From: Pasteurella multocida
Lineage (GTDB): Bacteria > Pseudomonadota > Gammaproteobacteria > Enterobacterales > Pasteurellaceae
Assembly: GCF_900187275.1 (NCBI RefSeq)
Contig: NZ_LT906458.1
Coordinates: 1,710,001-1,742,000, forward strand
Direction: 5' to 3'
Length of the DNA: 32,000 bases
Shown here: positions 1 to 15,301 of the stretch, in pieces
Numbering within the stretch: position 1 is the first letter of the stretch
Layout of the letters: each line of letters opens with the position of its first letter
Translations under genes and position numbers: made by a program
The notes under the pieces: generated by a model
Databases searched by the model: none
Seen by the model: the letters and a program-made list of their open reading frames with translations, nothing else
Told to the model about the DNA's origin: nothing

Positions 1-116
1 CAACGCGCCATATTTTGTTTTTTCTGTCCCATCGCAATTACAGAAAAACGTTTGCAAGAATAAAGCAAAACAAGGGGAATAACTAGTTTTTTCTTACTAC
101 TTTTCCTCTTGGAATA

Positions 117-1469
117 TCAACGATATTTATCTAAAAAACGATAGTATTTAGTGCCTACAAATAAGGTGGCTTTTTGCAGTAACTTACCGCCATGCACACT
201 CGGTACTTTAAGTTGCTCAAATACGCGTAAACGCTCATCGTTACCTAAAATAGCTTCTGCAACAATACGCCCCGCTAATCCCGTTAACGCCACGCCATGT
301 CCAGAATACCCTTGCGCAAAATAAATATTCGGCGCAATTCGACCAAAATGTGGATTGGAATTCAAGGTCATATCAATAGGTCCGCCCCAACCATAGTCAA
401 TGTTGACATTTTCTAACTGAGGAAACACGTGCAACATATTGCAGCGCATAACCGTCATCATATCCAAGCCCGGACTCGAATCACTGCCAAATAACAAGCG
501 ATTGTCGGCACTTAAACGGTAATAATCTAAGAAATAATTATTGTCACATACTGACATACGGTTGCGAATCAAACTCTCCGCCATTGCATCACTTAACGGC
601 TCGGTGGCAATAATAAAACTTTCTACAGGTAAAATTTTGCGAGCAATACCACGATGTAACTTTTTTGGTAGCACACGAATATAAGCATTGGTGGCTAATA
701 CTAAATCTTTGGCAATCACGGAGCTTTGATCGGTTTTCACTTTGACTTTTGCTTTACCGATACGTAAATCAACTGCTGGCGACTGTTCATAAATTTCCAC
801 TCCTAACGCTAAACAGGCTTTCGCTAAACCTAAACAATAATTCAGTGGGTGTAAATGACCAGAATTGGCATCAAAGAGTGCGCCCGTATAAATCTCACTG
901 CCTAGATTCTCAGCTAATTTAGCTTTATCCCATAATTGCATATGGGGATAAGCAAAAAATTCGCGACAAGATTTCTCAATCGCAATTAAGTCATCCATAC
1001 GACGTGGATTTAAAGCTAACGTTGCATAACCTCTACGCCAATCACATTGAATGTTATATTTTTTAATCCGCTCTTCGATAATCGCTAACGCTTCTAGTGA
1101 CATTTGCCATAATTTCTGCGCAGTATCAAATCCCACTGCATCAATATAATCGCCAATGTCTTCTTCAAAACCGTTGATCGCCTGCCCACCATTTCGCCCT
1201 GAGGCGCCAAAGCCTACACGTGCGCCTTCTAATACAATCACTTTTTTGCCTTGTTCCGCTAATTCAAGTGCGGTCGATAGACCAAAAAATCCCGCACCGA
1301 TGATACACACATCAGCAGATTTTCGTTGTTGTAAAGGCGGAAGAGTGAAATGAAGATGACGGGAGTCGGAATAATAAGTTTTGATATGTTCTTGATGAGA
1401 AAACGTTAACATAAAATCGCTCGCTAATAACACTAGCTGGCAGTTTACCCCGACGAAGAAATATGTCAA
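117..1469 (-). CDS. FAD-dependent oxidoreductase, DAO/PuuB (OrdL)-like, possibly gamma-glutamylputrescine oxidase family; real start may be the internal Met of MLTFSHQEHIK
   Basis: Long ORF with Rossmann motif ADVCIIGAGFFGLSTALELAEQGKKVIVLE and FGASGRNGGQ, typical of PuuB/OrdL proteins. Confidence 0.85.
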   Translation of the reverse strand: MTYFFVGVNCQLVLLASDFMLTFSHQEHIKTYYSDSRHLHFTLPPLQQRKSADVCIIGAGFFGLSTALELAEQGKKVIVLEGARVGFGASGRNGGQAINGFEEDIGDYIDAVGFDTAQKLWQMSLEALAIIEERIKKYNIQCDWRRGYATLALNPRRMDDLIAIEKSCREFFAYPHMQLWDKAKLAENLGSEIYTGALFDANSGHLHPLNYCLGLAKACLALGVEIYEQSPAVDLRIGKAKVKVKTDQSSVIAKDLVLATNAYIRVLPKKLHRGIARKILPVESFIIATEPLSDAMAESLIRNRMSVCDNNYFLDYYRLSADNRLLFGSDSSPGLDMMTVMRCNMLHVFPQLENVNIDYGWGGPIDMTLNSNPHFGRIAPNIYFAQGYSGHGVALTGLAGRIVAEAILGNDERLRVFEQLKVPSVHGGKLLQKATLFVGTKYYRFLDKYR

Positions 1470-1590
1470 TTTAATTCAATCACTTTATAAAGTTTGCTAT
1501 ACTCAGCGCGAAGTTCTTAAACTTAACGTTCATGCGGATTGCTTCACTAAAATCCGTTCATTTTTAACCGCACTTTATTGTCTTTAGACA

Positions 1591-2655
1591 TTGAGGGACT
1601 CAAAATTGAAAAGACTTTTTGCTAACGTCATCAAATCACTTGTCTTCACCTCCCTTTTCTTTTTCACACATTCCGCCTTAGCAAACAAAAAGCTTTACGT
1701 TTACAACTGGACGGATTACATTCCTTCAAGTTTAATTGCTGATTTTACTAAAGAAACGGGCATTGAAGTCATCTATTCTACTTTTGAGAGTAATGAAGAG
1801 ATGTACGCGAAACTCAAATTACTTTCTAAAAATAGCGGTTATGACCTGGTTTTTCCATCGAGTTATTACATCAATAAAATGGTCAAAGATGGCATGCTAC
1901 AAAAACTCGATCACGCAAAATTAACCAATTTACATCAAATCCCAACCCATTTGCTGAATAAAGAATTTGATCCACAAAACCAATATTCCCTGCCTTATAT
2001 TTATGGACTCACTGGTATTGGTATTAATGCAGAAGAGATTGATCCTAGCAAAATTACTAGCTGGGCAGATTTATGGAAACCAGAATATAAAGGTAAAGTG
2101 TTACTAACTAGCGATGCACGCGAAGTATTTCATATTGCTTTACTGTTAAATGGCAAATCACCAAACACCACTAAAGAGCTTGAAATTAAACAAGCTTATG
2201 AAAAACTGGTTAAACTCATGCCAAACGTTTTGGTATTTAATTCTGATTCACCAGAGGTCCCTTATGTACAAGGTGAGGTTGCTTTAGGCATGATTTGGAA
2301 TGGTTCCGCCTACTTAGGTAATAAAGAAAATTCCAACATTCAGTTTATTTACCCAAAAGAAGGGGCGATTTTCTGGATGGATAACTATGCTATCCCGAAA
2401 AAAGCAAAAAATGTTGAGGGCGCATATCAATTTATCGACTTCTTATTACGTCCTGAAAATGCCAAAATTGTGATCGAAAGAATGGGATTTTCAATGCCAA
2501 ACGAAGGTGTAAAACACTTACTCGCGCCTGAAATGGTCAACAACCCAGTTCTTTTCCCACCAGCAGAGGAAGTGGAAAAAGGCATCATGCAAGGCGATGT
2601 CGGTAGAGCAGTCGATATTTATGAAAAATATTGGAACAAGCTGAAAACGAATTAA
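1591..2655 (+). CDS. potD: Spermidine/putrescine-binding periplasmic protein (PotD-like)
   Basis: Signal peptide followed by [43 protein letters not shown], characteristic of PotD/PotF. Confidence 0.9.
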   Translation: MRDSKLKRLFANVIKSLVFTSLFFFTHSALANKKLYVYNWTDYIPSSLIADFTKETGIEVIYSTFESNEEMYAKLKLLSKNSGYDLVFPSSYYINKMVKDGMLQKLDHAKLTNLHQIPTHLLNKEFDPQNQYSLPYIYGLTGIGINAEEIDPSKITSWADLWKPEYKGKVLLTSDAREVFHIALLLNGKSPNTTKELEIKQAYEKLVKLMPNVLVFNSDSPEVPYVQGEVALGMIWNGSAYLGNKENSNIQFIYPKEGAIFWMDNYAIPKKAKNVEGAYQFIDFLLRPENAKIVIERMGFSMPNEGVKHLLAPEMVNNPVLFPPAEEVEKGIMQGDVGRAVDIYEKYWNKLKTN

Positions 2656-2667
2656 TTATCCTAATAC

Positions 2668-2706
2668 AAAAAGTGCGGTCAGATAAAATTTTGACCGCAC
2701 TTTTTT
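2668..2706. terminator. Intrinsic terminator built from an inverted pair of uptake sequences
   Basis: AAAAAGTGCGGTC ... GACCGCACTTTTTT directly after the potD stop codon. Confidence 0.8.
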
Positions 2707-2720
2707 ATACACACTAAATA

Positions 2721-3365
2721 TTACACATCATACTTTTGACGATAAGCCACTAAATCTTCAATCGTAACGACTGGAAAACCAAATTTCTGAGCAAACGTAA
2801 CAATTTCTGGTGCACGAGCCATTGAACCATCATCATTGGTAATTTCACAAATCACACCAGCGGCTTTATAACCAGCTAAACGAGCAAGATCAACCGATGC
2901 TTCAGTATGCCCACGGCGTTTTAACACGCCACCTGTCATCGCACGTAATGGAAAAATATGTCCCGGACGGCTTAAATCGCTTGGTTTGGCATTATCGGCA
3001 ACGGCAGCACGAATAGTTGTCACACGATCAGTGGCGGATACGCCTGTCGATACACCTTTAGCTGCCTCAATCGTCACCGTAAAGGCCGTCTTATTCACAC
3101 TGGTATTTTCAGTAACCATCGGTGGCAAATCAAGTTGTTGGCAAATTTCATCGCTTAAACATAAACAAACGATACCACTGCCATAACGAATTAACATTGT
3201 CATTTGTTCTACTGTAATGGTTTCAGCAGGAAAAATGAGATCACCTTCGTTTTCACGATCTTCATCATCAAGAACTAAAACACCGTTTCCCTGTTTAAAC
3301 GCATTAATCGCAGCAATAGCACGTTCTTCTGACTGACCAAAAGGAGATAAAATAGACTGATTCAT
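2721..3365 (-). CDS. ribB: 3,4-dihydroxy-2-butanone-4-phosphate synthase
   Basis: 214 aa; [21 protein letters not shown] and [24 protein letters not shown] motifs; located behind an FMN riboswitch. Confidence 0.97.
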   Translation of the reverse strand: MNQSILSPFGQSEERAIAAINAFKQGNGVLVLDDEDRENEGDLIFPAETITVEQMTMLIRYGSGIVCLCLSDEICQQLDLPPMVTENTSVNKTAFTVTIEAAKGVSTGVSATDRVTTIRAAVADNAKPSDLSRPGHIFPLRAMTGGVLKRRGHTEASVDLARLAGYKAAGVICEITNDDGSMARAPEIVTFAQKFGFPVVTIEDLVAYRQKYDV

Positions 3366-3448
3366 AGTAAATTCCTTGAAATATAAAGATATTTAGATAC
3401 CAGAATCAGGGCTGATGAGAAAAGTATGTGGCTAAGAAAATCTTAAAC

Positions 3449-3482
3449 AAACAAAAAATACAGGTTTTGCACACAAAACCTG
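3449..3482 (-). terminator. Candidate intrinsic terminator in the ribB leader (riboswitch expression platform)
   Basis: On the minus strand CAGGTTTTG-TGTG-CAAAACCTG (9 bp stem) followed by TATTTTTTGTTTGTTT. Confidence 0.75.
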
Positions 3483-3489
3483 CTTATTC

Positions 3490-3637
3490 TCTTTCATCCA
3501 GACTATACTGTCGGCTTTGGATTCTCACCAAATCTGCTGACTTTACTATCTCTTGTGACATGAAATAGTAAACGCTCGTGGGCTTATGTTATACATTTAC
3601 CACCGGTAGGGAATTTCACCCTGCCCTGAGAATGCGC
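3490..3637 (-). promoter_or_regulatory. FMN riboswitch (RFN element) upstream of ribB
   Basis: Minus strand contains TTCTCAGGGCAGGGTGAAATTCCCTACCGGTGGTAA ... GCCCACGAGCG ... GCCGACAGTATAGTCTGGATGAAAGAG, conserved RFN segments. Confidence 0.97.
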
Positions 3638-3731
3638 AAATAGTATAACGCAAACTTAATCTCGAAAAAATGTTTTTATTTGTAGCAAGATTACATACAA
3701 TAGATGAAATTTCAAAAAATATGAGGCGATT

Positions 3732-3983
3732 ATGCTAAATCCGAAAAAAATAGAGCAAGTTATACAACAAATCCAAGACTCTCTTCCACAAGGGATTAAA
3801 GACTTGGGACAAGATGCTGAAGCCAAACTCAAACAAACATTGCAAGCGCAATTAGCAAAACTTGATTTGGTGACGCGTGAAGAGTTTGATGTACAAACAC
3901 AAGTATTAATGCGTACTCGGGAAAAATTAGTGGCGTTAGAAAAACGGGTTGATGAATTACTTGCACAACAAAACCAAGCATAA
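3732..3983 (+). CDS. ubiK: Ubiquinone biosynthesis accessory factor UbiK / YqiC (BMFP family)
   Basis: 83 aa amphipathic and coiled coil protein, [26 protein letters not shown]...[28 protein letters not shown]. Confidence 0.85.
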   Translation: MLNPKKIEQVIQQIQDSLPQGIKDLGQDAEAKLKQTLQAQLAKLDLVTREEFDVQTQVLMRTREKLVALEKRVDELLAQQNQA

Positions 3984-4035
3984 CCTTGCGCCACTCGCTG
4001 AAAAGTGCGGTCTTCACTTTACTATTTCTGAATAA

Positions 4036-6011
<1,976 letters not shown>

Positions 6012-6054
6012 AATGACAAGAGCTGCATTCCCCTATTAAACATCAAAGAAACAG

Positions 6055-6096
6055 ACCGCACTTATGCCTCTGAGAATTAAAAGAGAAAAGTGCGGT
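6055..6096. terminator. Inverted pair of uptake sequences downstream of the phosphoesterase; possible terminator
   Basis: ACCGCACTT (6055-6063) and AAGTGCGGT (6088-6096) followed by TTTCTTTTTTCTC. Confidence 0.6.
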
Positions 6097-6196
6097 TTCT
6101 TTTTTCTCTTTTCTAGCTAACTCAGCAGTATTCCAGTATTAGGATTATCTTCAAGGAAAAGTAAAATCCCTGTTTCATAAAAAGCGGAGGAAAAAG

Positions 6197-6226
6197 AAAA
6201 CCCACTGATACATATCAGTGGGTTTT
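6197..6226 (-). terminator. Intrinsic terminator at the end of the alpha operon
   Basis: AAAACCCACTGATA..TATCAGTGGGTTTT, 14 bp arms, with TTTTCTTTTT following on the minus strand. Confidence 0.9.
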
Positions 6227-6268
6227 ATCTCGAGTATAAGTTAGAACAATCTAACTTAATTTAAGTTA

Positions 6269-6658
6269 TTACTCCGCAGTTGCTTCTTCAGCTGCAACTT
6301 CTGGGCGATCAACTAACTCAATGTATGCCATTGGCGCGTTATCACCAGTACGGAAACCACATTTCAAGATGCGAGTGTAACCACCTGCACGTTGAGCAAA
6401 ACGTGGACCTAATTCATTGAATAATTTAGCAACAGTTTCAATGTTGCGAGTACGAGCAAAAGCTAAACGACGATTTGCAACGCTATCTACTTTTGCTAAT
6501 GTAATTAACGGCTCAACTACACGACGTAATTCTTTAGCTTTTGGCAACGTAGTCTTGATAATTTCGTGACTAACTAAAGAGCTTGCCATATTACGGAACA
6601 TCGCTTGGCGATGGCTGCTATTACGGTTTAGTTGACGACCACTCTTACGATGGCGCAT
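6269..6658 (-). CDS. rplQ: 50S ribosomal protein L17
   Basis: [24 protein letters not shown], syntenic. Confidence 0.99.
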   Translation of the reverse strand: MRHRKSGRQLNRNSSHRQAMFRNMASSLVSHEIIKTTLPKAKELRRVVEPLITLAKVDSVANRRLAFARTRNIETVAKLFNELGPRFAQRAGGYTRILKCGFRTGDNAPMAYIELVDRPEVAAEEATAE

Positions 6659-6699
6659 GACCTTATCCTTCTCAGAAAAATCTTTAACCTATGACCAAA

Positions 6700-7689
6700 C
6701 TAGTCTTCAGCAATACTTGCTGGTGGCCAATTTTCAAGGCGCATACCTAGTGATAAGCCGCGTGAAGCAAGAACATCCTTAATTTCAGTAAGTGATTTCT
6801 TACCAAGATTAGGTGTTTTTAATAATTCAACTTCAGTACGCTGTACTAAATCACCGATATAGTGAATTGTTTCTGCTTTCAAACAGTTAGCAGAACGAAC
6901 TGTCAACTCTAAGTCATCAACAGGACGCAACAGAATTGGATCGAATTCTGGTTTTTCTTCCTTAACTTCTGGTTGACGAACATCACGCAAATCAACGAAC
7001 GCATCTAGTTGCTCTGCTAAAATTGTTGCTGCACGACGAATTGCTTCTTCTGGATCAATAGTGCCGTTAGTTTCCAACTCAATAACTAATTTATCTAAGT
7101 CAGTACGTTGTTCAACACGTGCTGCTTCAACATTATAAGCAATACGGTCTACTGGACTGTAACAAGCATCTACTAATAGACGACCAATTGGTCTTTCTTC
7201 ATCTTGAGCATGCACACGCGCTGATGCGGGTACATAACCTCTACCACGTTGAACGCGAATGCGCATATTAATGGATGCGCTTTCGTCAGTCAAATGACAG
7301 ATAACGTGCTCAGGATTTACGATCTCAACATCTCCATCATGGGTGATGTCAGCTGCAACAACAGGGCCAATTCCAGATTTGTTTAATGTCAGAAATACAT
7401 CATCTTTATTCTGAACTTTAACCGCTAGGCCTTTTAAGTTTAGAAGTACTTCAAGAATATCTTCCTGAACCCCTTCTTTACTGCTGTATTCGTGCAATAC
7501 GCCATCAATTTCTACTTCAGTTACAGCACAACCTGGCATTGAAGATAGAAGAATACGACGCAATGCATTACCTAAAGTGTGGCCGAATCCACGCTCTAAC
7601 GGTTCTAAGATCACTTTAGCATGAGTTGAGCTAATTTGCTCAATATCAACTAAGCGTGGCTTTAAAAATTCTGTAACAGAACCCTGCAT
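6700..7689 (-). CDS. rpoA: DNA-directed RNA polymerase alpha subunit
   Basis: 329 aa, [18 protein letters not shown]..., alpha-[13 protein letters not shown]. Confidence 0.99.
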   Translation of the reverse strand: MQGSVTEFLKPRLVDIEQISSTHAKVILEPLERGFGHTLGNALRRILLSSMPGCAVTEVEIDGVLHEYSSKEGVQEDILEVLLNLKGLAVKVQNKDDVFLTLNKSGIGPVVAADITHDGDVEIVNPEHVICHLTDESASINMRIRVQRGRGYVPASARVHAQDEERPIGRLLVDACYSPVDRIAYNVEAARVEQRTDLDKLVIELETNGTIDPEEAIRRAATILAEQLDAFVDLRDVRQPEVKEEKPEFDPILLRPVDDLELTVRSANCLKAETIHYIGDLVQRTEVELLKTPNLGKKSLTEIKDVLASRGLSLGMRLENWPPASIAED

Positions 7690-7721
7690 TTTATCCTCTC
7701 TTTGCTTCTAAGCTTTAACTA

Positions 7722-8342
7722 TTATTTAGAGTAAAGCTCAACGATCAGATGTTCGTTAATGTCTGCTGATAAATCAGAACGTTCAGGAACACGTTTGAAC
7801 ACACCTTCCATTTTAGCAGCATCAACTTCTAACCAAGTTGGTTTTTCTCTTTGTTCTGCTAATTCTAATGATGCTTTAATACGTGCTTGTTTTTTAGATT
7901 TCTCACGAACAGCAACTACATCATTAACTGAAACTTGGAATGATGGGATATTAACAACACGACCATTTACAACAATCGCTTTGTGACTCACCAATTGGCG
8001 AGCTTCAGCACGAGTTGCAGCAAAGCCCATGCGATAAACAACGTTATCCAATCTACCTTCCAATAATACTAGTAAGTTTTCACCAGTATTACCTTTTAAG
8101 CGGTTTGCTTCTTTATAATAATTACGGAATTGACGTTCTAAGATACCGTAAATACGACGAACTTTTTGTTTTTCACGTAATTGACTACCATAGTCAGATA
8201 AACGCGGCTTACGAGCACCGTGTTGACCTGGGGCGGTATCAATTTTACATTTTGATTCAATCGCGCGCACACCTGACTTAAGGAATAAGTCAGTGCCTTC
8301 ACGACGGCTTAGCTTGAGCTTAGGACCCAAATATCTTGCCAT
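7722..8342 (-). CDS. rpsD: 30S ribosomal protein S4
   Basis: [24 protein letters not shown], syntenic. Confidence 0.99.
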   Translation of the reverse strand: MARYLGPKLKLSRREGTDLFLKSGVRAIESKCKIDTAPGQHGARKPRLSDYGSQLREKQKVRRIYGILERQFRNYYKEANRLKGNTGENLLVLLEGRLDNVVYRMGFAATRAEARQLVSHKAIVVNGRVVNIPSFQVSVNDVVAVREKSKKQARIKASLELAEQREKPTWLEVDAAKMEGVFKRVPERSDLSADINEHLIVELYSK

Positions 8343-8371
8343 TTTCTTTCTCCAACTATCCTATGACGCCA

Positions 8372-8767
<396 letters not shown>

Positions 8768-8777
8768 TTACCCCGAC

Positions 8778-9134
8778 TTATTTCTTGATCGGCTTACGAG
8801 GACCCTTACGGGTACGCGCATTAGTTTTAGTACGTTGACCACGTACCGGTAAACCACGACGATGACGTAAACCACGATAACAACCTAAGTCTAATAGACG
8901 TTTGATGTTTAGTGTTACTTCACGACGTAAGTCACCTTCAACGGTAAATTTACCAACTTCGTCACGCAGTTTATCAATCTGCTCTTCAGACAATTCGCTG
9001 ATCTTAACATCTTCGGCAATCCCTGTTGCAGCACAAATCGCTTGTGCGCGAGTCTTACCGATACCATAAATTGCAGTTAAAGCGATTACAGTGTGTTTAT
9101 GATCAGGAATGTTAATGCCTGCAATACGGGCCAC
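8778..9134 (-). CDS. rpsM: 30S ribosomal protein S13 (GTG start)
   Basis: [30 protein letters not shown]; sequence TAGGAGTGCATAGTGGCCCG shows a GTG start. Confidence 0.99.
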   Translation of the reverse strand: MARIAGINIPDHKHTVIALTAIYGIGKTRAQAICAATGIAEDVKISELSEEQIDKLRDEVGKFTVEGDLRREVTLNIKRLLDLGCYRGLRHRRGLPVRGQRTKTNARTRKGPRKPIKK

Positions 9135-9213
9135 TATGCACTCCTATTATTTAACTAAGTTGACACTTTGATCTTGAAAAGCCCGTTTTCAGGATACTCA
9201 AACAAAGTGTCAA
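9132..9213 (-). promoter_or_regulatory. Alpha operon leader (probable S4-binding pseudoknot element)
   Basis: Minus strand TTGACACTTTGTTTGAGTATCCTGAAAACGGGCTTTTCAAGATCAAAGTGTCAA...TAGGAGTGCATAGTG; the GAGTATCCTGAAAACGGGCTTTTCA core and GTG start match the E. coli alpha leader as I recall it. Confidence 0.85.
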
Positions 9214-9274
9214 GGACATAAATGAGCTGAGCAGTATAACTGCTCAACTGGTTCTTTGCAAGAAAAAATATCAA

Positions 9275-9388
9275 CTAACCTTGACGTTGTTTATGTTTAG
9301 GGTCGCTACAAAGTACACGAACGACACCTTCACGTTTAACAATTTTACAGTTACGACATAATTTCTTCACGGAAGCACGAACTTTCAT
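9275..9388 (-). CDS. rpmJ: 50S ribosomal protein L36
   Basis: Read directly (absent from ORF track): [37 protein letters not shown], 37 aa; between secY and rpsM. Confidence 0.98.
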   Translation of the reverse strand: MKVRASVKKLCRNCKIVKREGVVRVLCSDPKHKQRQG

Positions 9389-9416
9389 TGCTTATCCCTT
9401 TTATTTAATGGACAGA

Positions 9417-10742
9417 TTACTGTCCGAAACCTTTAAGGTTTGCTTTCTTCAGCGCAGATTCATATTTCGTCGACATCAAATGACTTTGAACCTGAGCGAT
9501 GAAATCCATAATTACTACGACAACAATCAGAAGAGAGGTTCCACCAAAGTAGAACTGTACATTCCATGCTGATGTCATCACGTAAGGAACCAAACATACG
9601 AACGTAATATACAAGCCACCAATTAAGGTTAAGCGAGTCATAATTTTGTCAATATAACGTGATGTTTGTTCACCTGGTCTAATTCCTGGTATAAATGCAC
9701 CAGATTTTTTCAAATTATCCGCTGTATCACGAGGATTATATTGCATTGCGGTATAGAAAAAACTAAAGAAGATGATCGCTACGGCATAAACAAGCAAATA
9801 GAGTGGTTGACCTGGATGCAATAACATTGATAAATCTGTTAACCATTCTAAGCTCGATCCCTCACCAAGCCACTGCGCTAATGTCGCAGGGAATAAAATA
9901 ATACTTGATGCGAAAATTGCTGGAATAACGCCTGCCATATTGACTTTTAATGGTAAGTGCGTTGAGTGTCCACCTAGAATCTGACGACCTTGCTGACGCT
10001 TAGCATATTCAACTTTAATTCTTCTTTGTCCTCTTTCAACAAAGACAACAAAGTAGGTTACAGCAAATACAATAACGGCGATCAATAAGAGAACTAATAG
10101 ATGCATTTGACCTTGGCGAGTTTGCTCAATCGTTTGACCAATCGCGGATGGTAACCCTGCAACAATACCCGCAAAAATAATTAAAGAGATACCATTACCA
10201 ATACCACGTTCTGTTATTTGCTCACCTAACCACATTAAGAACATTGTTCCTGTGACCAAGCTAATAACTGCAGCAAGATAAAAACTAAATCCTACGTTAG
10301 GGACAAGTCCAGGTAGCATATTAGGTAAGCCTGTTGAAATACCAACCGCCTGTAATGTCGCAAGGACTAACGTTGAATAACGCGTGTATTTGCTGATTTT
10401 ACGACGACCAGCCTCACCCTCTTTTTTTAATTCTGCAAGTGCAGGATGAACCGTAGTCAATAGTTGGATGATAATCGATGCCGAGATATATGGCATAATA
10501 CCTAACGCAAAAATTGACGCACGACTCAATGCACCACCAGAGAACATGTTAAACATATCAATGATGGTGCCTTTTTGTTGTTCAATTAATTGAGCTAACA
10601 CGGCCGCATCAATACCAGGAACCGGAATGAAAGAACCAATGCGGAACACAATAAGTGCGCCTAATACAAATAACAATCTGCTTTTAAGTTCACCTGTACC
10701 GCTTTGAGTACTTCTACTTTGATAACCTGGTTGCTTAGCCAT
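9417..10742 (-). CDS. secY: Preprotein translocase subunit SecY
   Basis: 441 aa, [45 protein letters not shown]. Confidence 0.99.
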   Translation of the reverse strand: MAKQPGYQSRSTQSGTGELKSRLLFVLGALIVFRIGSFIPVPGIDAAVLAQLIEQQKGTIIDMFNMFSGGALSRASIFALGIMPYISASIIIQLLTTVHPALAELKKEGEAGRRKISKYTRYSTLVLATLQAVGISTGLPNMLPGLVPNVGFSFYLAAVISLVTGTMFLMWLGEQITERGIGNGISLIIFAGIVAGLPSAIGQTIEQTRQGQMHLLVLLLIAVIVFAVTYFVVFVERGQRRIKVEYAKRQQGRQILGGHSTHLPLKVNMAGVIPAIFASSIILFPATLAQWLGEGSSLEWLTDLSMLLHPGQPLYLLVYAVAIIFFSFFYTAMQYNPRDTADNLKKSGAFIPGIRPGEQTSRYIDKIMTRLTLIGGLYITFVCLVPYVMTSAWNVQFYFGGTSLLIVVVVIMDFIAQVQSHLMSTKYESALKKANLKGFGQ

Positions 10743-10749
10743 TTATTTA

Positions 10750-11184
10750 TTATTCCTCAACTGAACCGCCAGCAGCTTCAATTGCTGCTTTCGCACCTTT
10801 AGTTACGCGTAAACCACGAACAACCACTGCACCTTTCACTTCACCTGCTAAAATGATTTTAACAAATTGAATATCTTTGGTGATGACATTCGCTGCTTTT
10901 AATGATTCTAAAGTTACTACGCCACCTTCTACTTTGGCTAAATCATTCAAACGAACTTCTGCAGTTACTGCAGCTTTCATTGAAGTAAAACCAAATTTTG
11001 GTAAACGACGATATAAAGGCATCTGACCACCCTCGAAACCACGACGAACACCGCCGCCAGTACGAGATTTTTGACCTTTGTGACCACGACCACCTGTTTT
11101 ACCTAAACCAGAACCAATACCGCGACCTAAACGTTTAGCACTATGCTTAGCGCCTTCAGCTGGTGATAGAGTATTTAAACGCAT
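10750..11184 (-). CDS. rplO: 50S ribosomal protein L15
   Basis: [38 protein letters not shown]. Confidence 0.99.
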   Translation of the reverse strand: MRLNTLSPAEGAKHSAKRLGRGIGSGLGKTGGRGHKGQKSRTGGGVRRGFEGGQMPLYRRLPKFGFTSMKAAVTAEVRLNDLAKVEGGVVTLESLKAANVITKDIQFVKIILAGEVKGAVVVRGLRVTKGAKAAIEAAGGSVEE

Positions 11185-11188
11185 TCGA

Positions 11189-11368
11189 TTACTCCTCCAC
11201 TTTAACCATGTATGAAACTTGGTTAATCATACCACGTACTGCTGGAGTATCGATTAACTCAACAGTATGATGCATATGGCGAAGACCAAGACCACGCAAT
11301 GTAGCCTTATGCTTCGGTAAACGAGCAATAGAACTACGAACTTGAGTTACTTTAATAGTTTTAGCCAT
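11189..11368 (-). CDS. rpmD: 50S ribosomal protein L30 (start trimmed to MAKTIKV)
   Basis: 59 aa [59 protein letters not shown]; track ORF begins two codons upstream. Confidence 0.97.
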
Positions 11369-11374
11369 TATCAA

Positions 11375-11881
<507 letters not shown>

Positions 11882-11890
11882 TTACCTCTA

Positions 11891-12244
11891 TTAGAACTGT
11901 AGACCAGCTTCACGGGCAGCGTCCGCTAACGTTTGGACACGACCATGATATTTAAAACCAGAACGATCAAAAGCAACGTCTTTAACGCCTTTTGCTAATG
12001 CTCTTTCTGCAACAACTTTACCAACTACTGCTGCTGCATCTTTATTTCCGGTATATTTCACTTGCTCACTAATTACTTTTTCAACAGTTGAAGCAGCGGC
12101 AAGAACTTCTGAACCGTTCGGTGCAATCACTTGTGCGTAGATATGACGTGGAGTACGGTGAATAACTAAACGCGTTACACCTTGCTCTCTCATCATATGA
12201 CGTGCACGAGCTGCACGACGGATACGAGCTGATTTCTTATCCAT
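11891..12244 (-). CDS. rplR: 50S ribosomal protein L18
   Basis: L18 sequence and synteny. Confidence 0.99.
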   Translation of the reverse strand: MDKKSARIRRAARARHMMREQGVTRLVIHRTPRHIYAQVIAPNGSEVLAAASTVEKVISEQVKYTGNKDAAAVVGKVVAERALAKGVKDVAFDRSGFKYHGRVQTLADAAREAGLQF

Positions 12245-12257
12245 AGTGTTACCTTAA

Positions 12258-12791
12258 TTATTTTTTCTTAGCCTCTTTGATACGTACCACTTCATCAGCG
12301 TAACGTACCCCTTTACCTTTATAAGGCTCAGGACGGCGATAAGCACGAATATCTGCAGCAACTTGACCGATTAACTGCTTGTCTGCACCTTTCAACACGA
12401 TTTCGGTTTGAGATGGACATTCAGCTGTAATACCTGCTGGTAAAGCGTGCTCCACAGGGTGAGAGAAGCCTAAGCTTAAAGCAACTGCATTGCCTTTAAT
12501 TTGTGCTCTGTAACCTACACCCACCAATTGTAACTTCTTAGTGAAGCCTTCAGTAACACCGATAACCATTGCGTTAACTAATGCACGTGCAGTTCCTGCT
12601 TGCGCATCTGCTCCAACAATACCTTCACGTGGAGAAAAAGTTAATTCGTTATTATCTTGTTTAACTTCGACTGCGTTATGAATGGTACGAGATAACTCGC
12701 CATTTTTTCCTTTAACTGTTAGTAGCTGTCCGTCGAGTTTTACCTCAACGCCGGCAGGAATACTAACAGGTGCTTTTGCAACACGAGACAT
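12258..12791 (-). CDS. rplF: 50S ribosomal protein L6
   Basis: [35 protein letters not shown]. Confidence 0.99.
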   Translation of the reverse strand: MSRVAKAPVSIPAGVEVKLDGQLLTVKGKNGELSRTIHNAVEVKQDNNELTFSPREGIVGADAQAGTARALVNAMVIGVTEGFTKKLQLVGVGYRAQIKGNAVALSLGFSHPVEHALPAGITAECPSQTEIVLKGADKQLIGQVAADIRAYRRPEPYKGKGVRYADEVVRIKEAKKK

Positions 12792-12806
12792 TTTCCTACC
12801 TCTCTA

Positions 12807-13199
12807 TTAAGCTACGTAACAGATAATCTCACCGCCTAAACCCGCTTGGCGAGCTGCACGGTCAGTCATCACACCTTTAGATGTAGATACTACTGCAACA
12901 CCTAAACCACCCATTACTTTTGGTAACTCGTCTTTACGTTTATAAATACGTAGACCTGGGCGGCTAACACGTTGGATGCTTTCTACAACTGGTTTGCCTT
13001 GGAAATATTTTAATGTAATTTCCAACTCTGGTTTAACACCATCTAAAACTTTAACGCTTTCAATATAACCTTCTTCAGCTAATACATTGGCAATCGCCAC
13101 TTTTAGCTTGGATGAAGGCATACTGATCGCAACTTTGTTCGCAGCTTGACCGTTGCGAATGCGAGTCAACATATCTGCGATTGGATCTTGCATACTCAT
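12807..13199 (-). CDS. rpsH: 30S ribosomal protein S8
   Basis: [33 protein letters not shown]. Confidence 0.99.
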   Translation of the reverse strand: MSMQDPIADMLTRIRNGQAANKVAISMPSSKLKVAIANVLAEEGYIESVKVLDGVKPELEITLKYFQGKPVVESIQRVSRPGLRIYKRKDELPKVMGGLGVAVVSTSKGVMTDRAARQAGLGGEIICYVA

Positions 13200-13235
13200 T
13201 GTATTTTTACTCCGATTCCAAAATAAAGTGGTAAA

Positions 13236-14421
<1,186 letters not shown>

Positions 14422-14435
14422 TTGTCACTTCTCCC

Positions 14436-14819
<384 letters not shown>

Positions 14820-14990
14820 CTAAAATTAATAAAACCCTTTCGGGACGAATCTATCTGCACATACACAGATAGGACGTGGATTCTATCATAATAAACAATA
14901 CGAAAGCAACATAATGTGTTGTAAAAAATAGAAAGATTTTTAATCAACTTTTGCTGACAAACTGTTACTTTCAGATGTTTTTTTGTAGAC

Positions 14991-15024
14991 AAAAAAGCCA
15001 AAGGATGATTCCTTTGGCTTTTTG
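14991..15024 (-). terminator. Intrinsic terminator after rpsQ, end of the S10 operon
   Basis: Minus strand AAAAAGCCAAAGG-AATCAT-CCTTTGGCTTTTTTG. Confidence 0.88.
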
Positions 15025-15043
15025 ATTTTATGTTGAGCTGATA

Positions 15044-15301
15044 TTAAGCAATTACTGCTTTTTCAACTACACGAACTAAAGTCCATGATTTCGTTTTAGA
15101 GAGTGGACGACACTCTTTAATTTCAACGACATCACCTAATTTAGCTTCGTTGTTCTCGTCATGCACGTGTAATTTCGTTGTACGACGGATAAACTTACCA
15201 TAAAGTGGGTGTTTAACCTTGCGTTCAATCGCAACAACGAACGATTTGTCCATTTTGTCGCTTACAACTTTACCTTGCACGCTACGAATTTTATCAGTCA
15301 T
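15044..15301 (-). CDS. rpsQ: 30S ribosomal protein S17
   Basis: [49 protein letters not shown]. Confidence 0.99.
   Translation of the reverse strand: MTDKIRSVQGKVVSDKMDKSFVVAIERKVKHPLYGKFIRRTTKLHVHDENNEAKLGDVVEIKECRPLSKTKSWTLVRVVEKAVIA

Noticed and set aside
3656-3994. Minus-strand Cys/Ser-rich ORF over ubiK
   Set aside because: Shadow of the UbiK-like gene, which has the expected sequence and a sensible start.
8101-8110. AAGCGGT-containing segment as an uptake sequence inside the ribosomal cluster
   Set aside because: Does not match the 9-mer AAGTGCGGT, so not counted.
8015-8281. Plus-strand ORF of 88 aa antisense to rpsD
   Set aside because: Lies entirely opposite rpsD with no recognisable protein features; coding-strand shadow.
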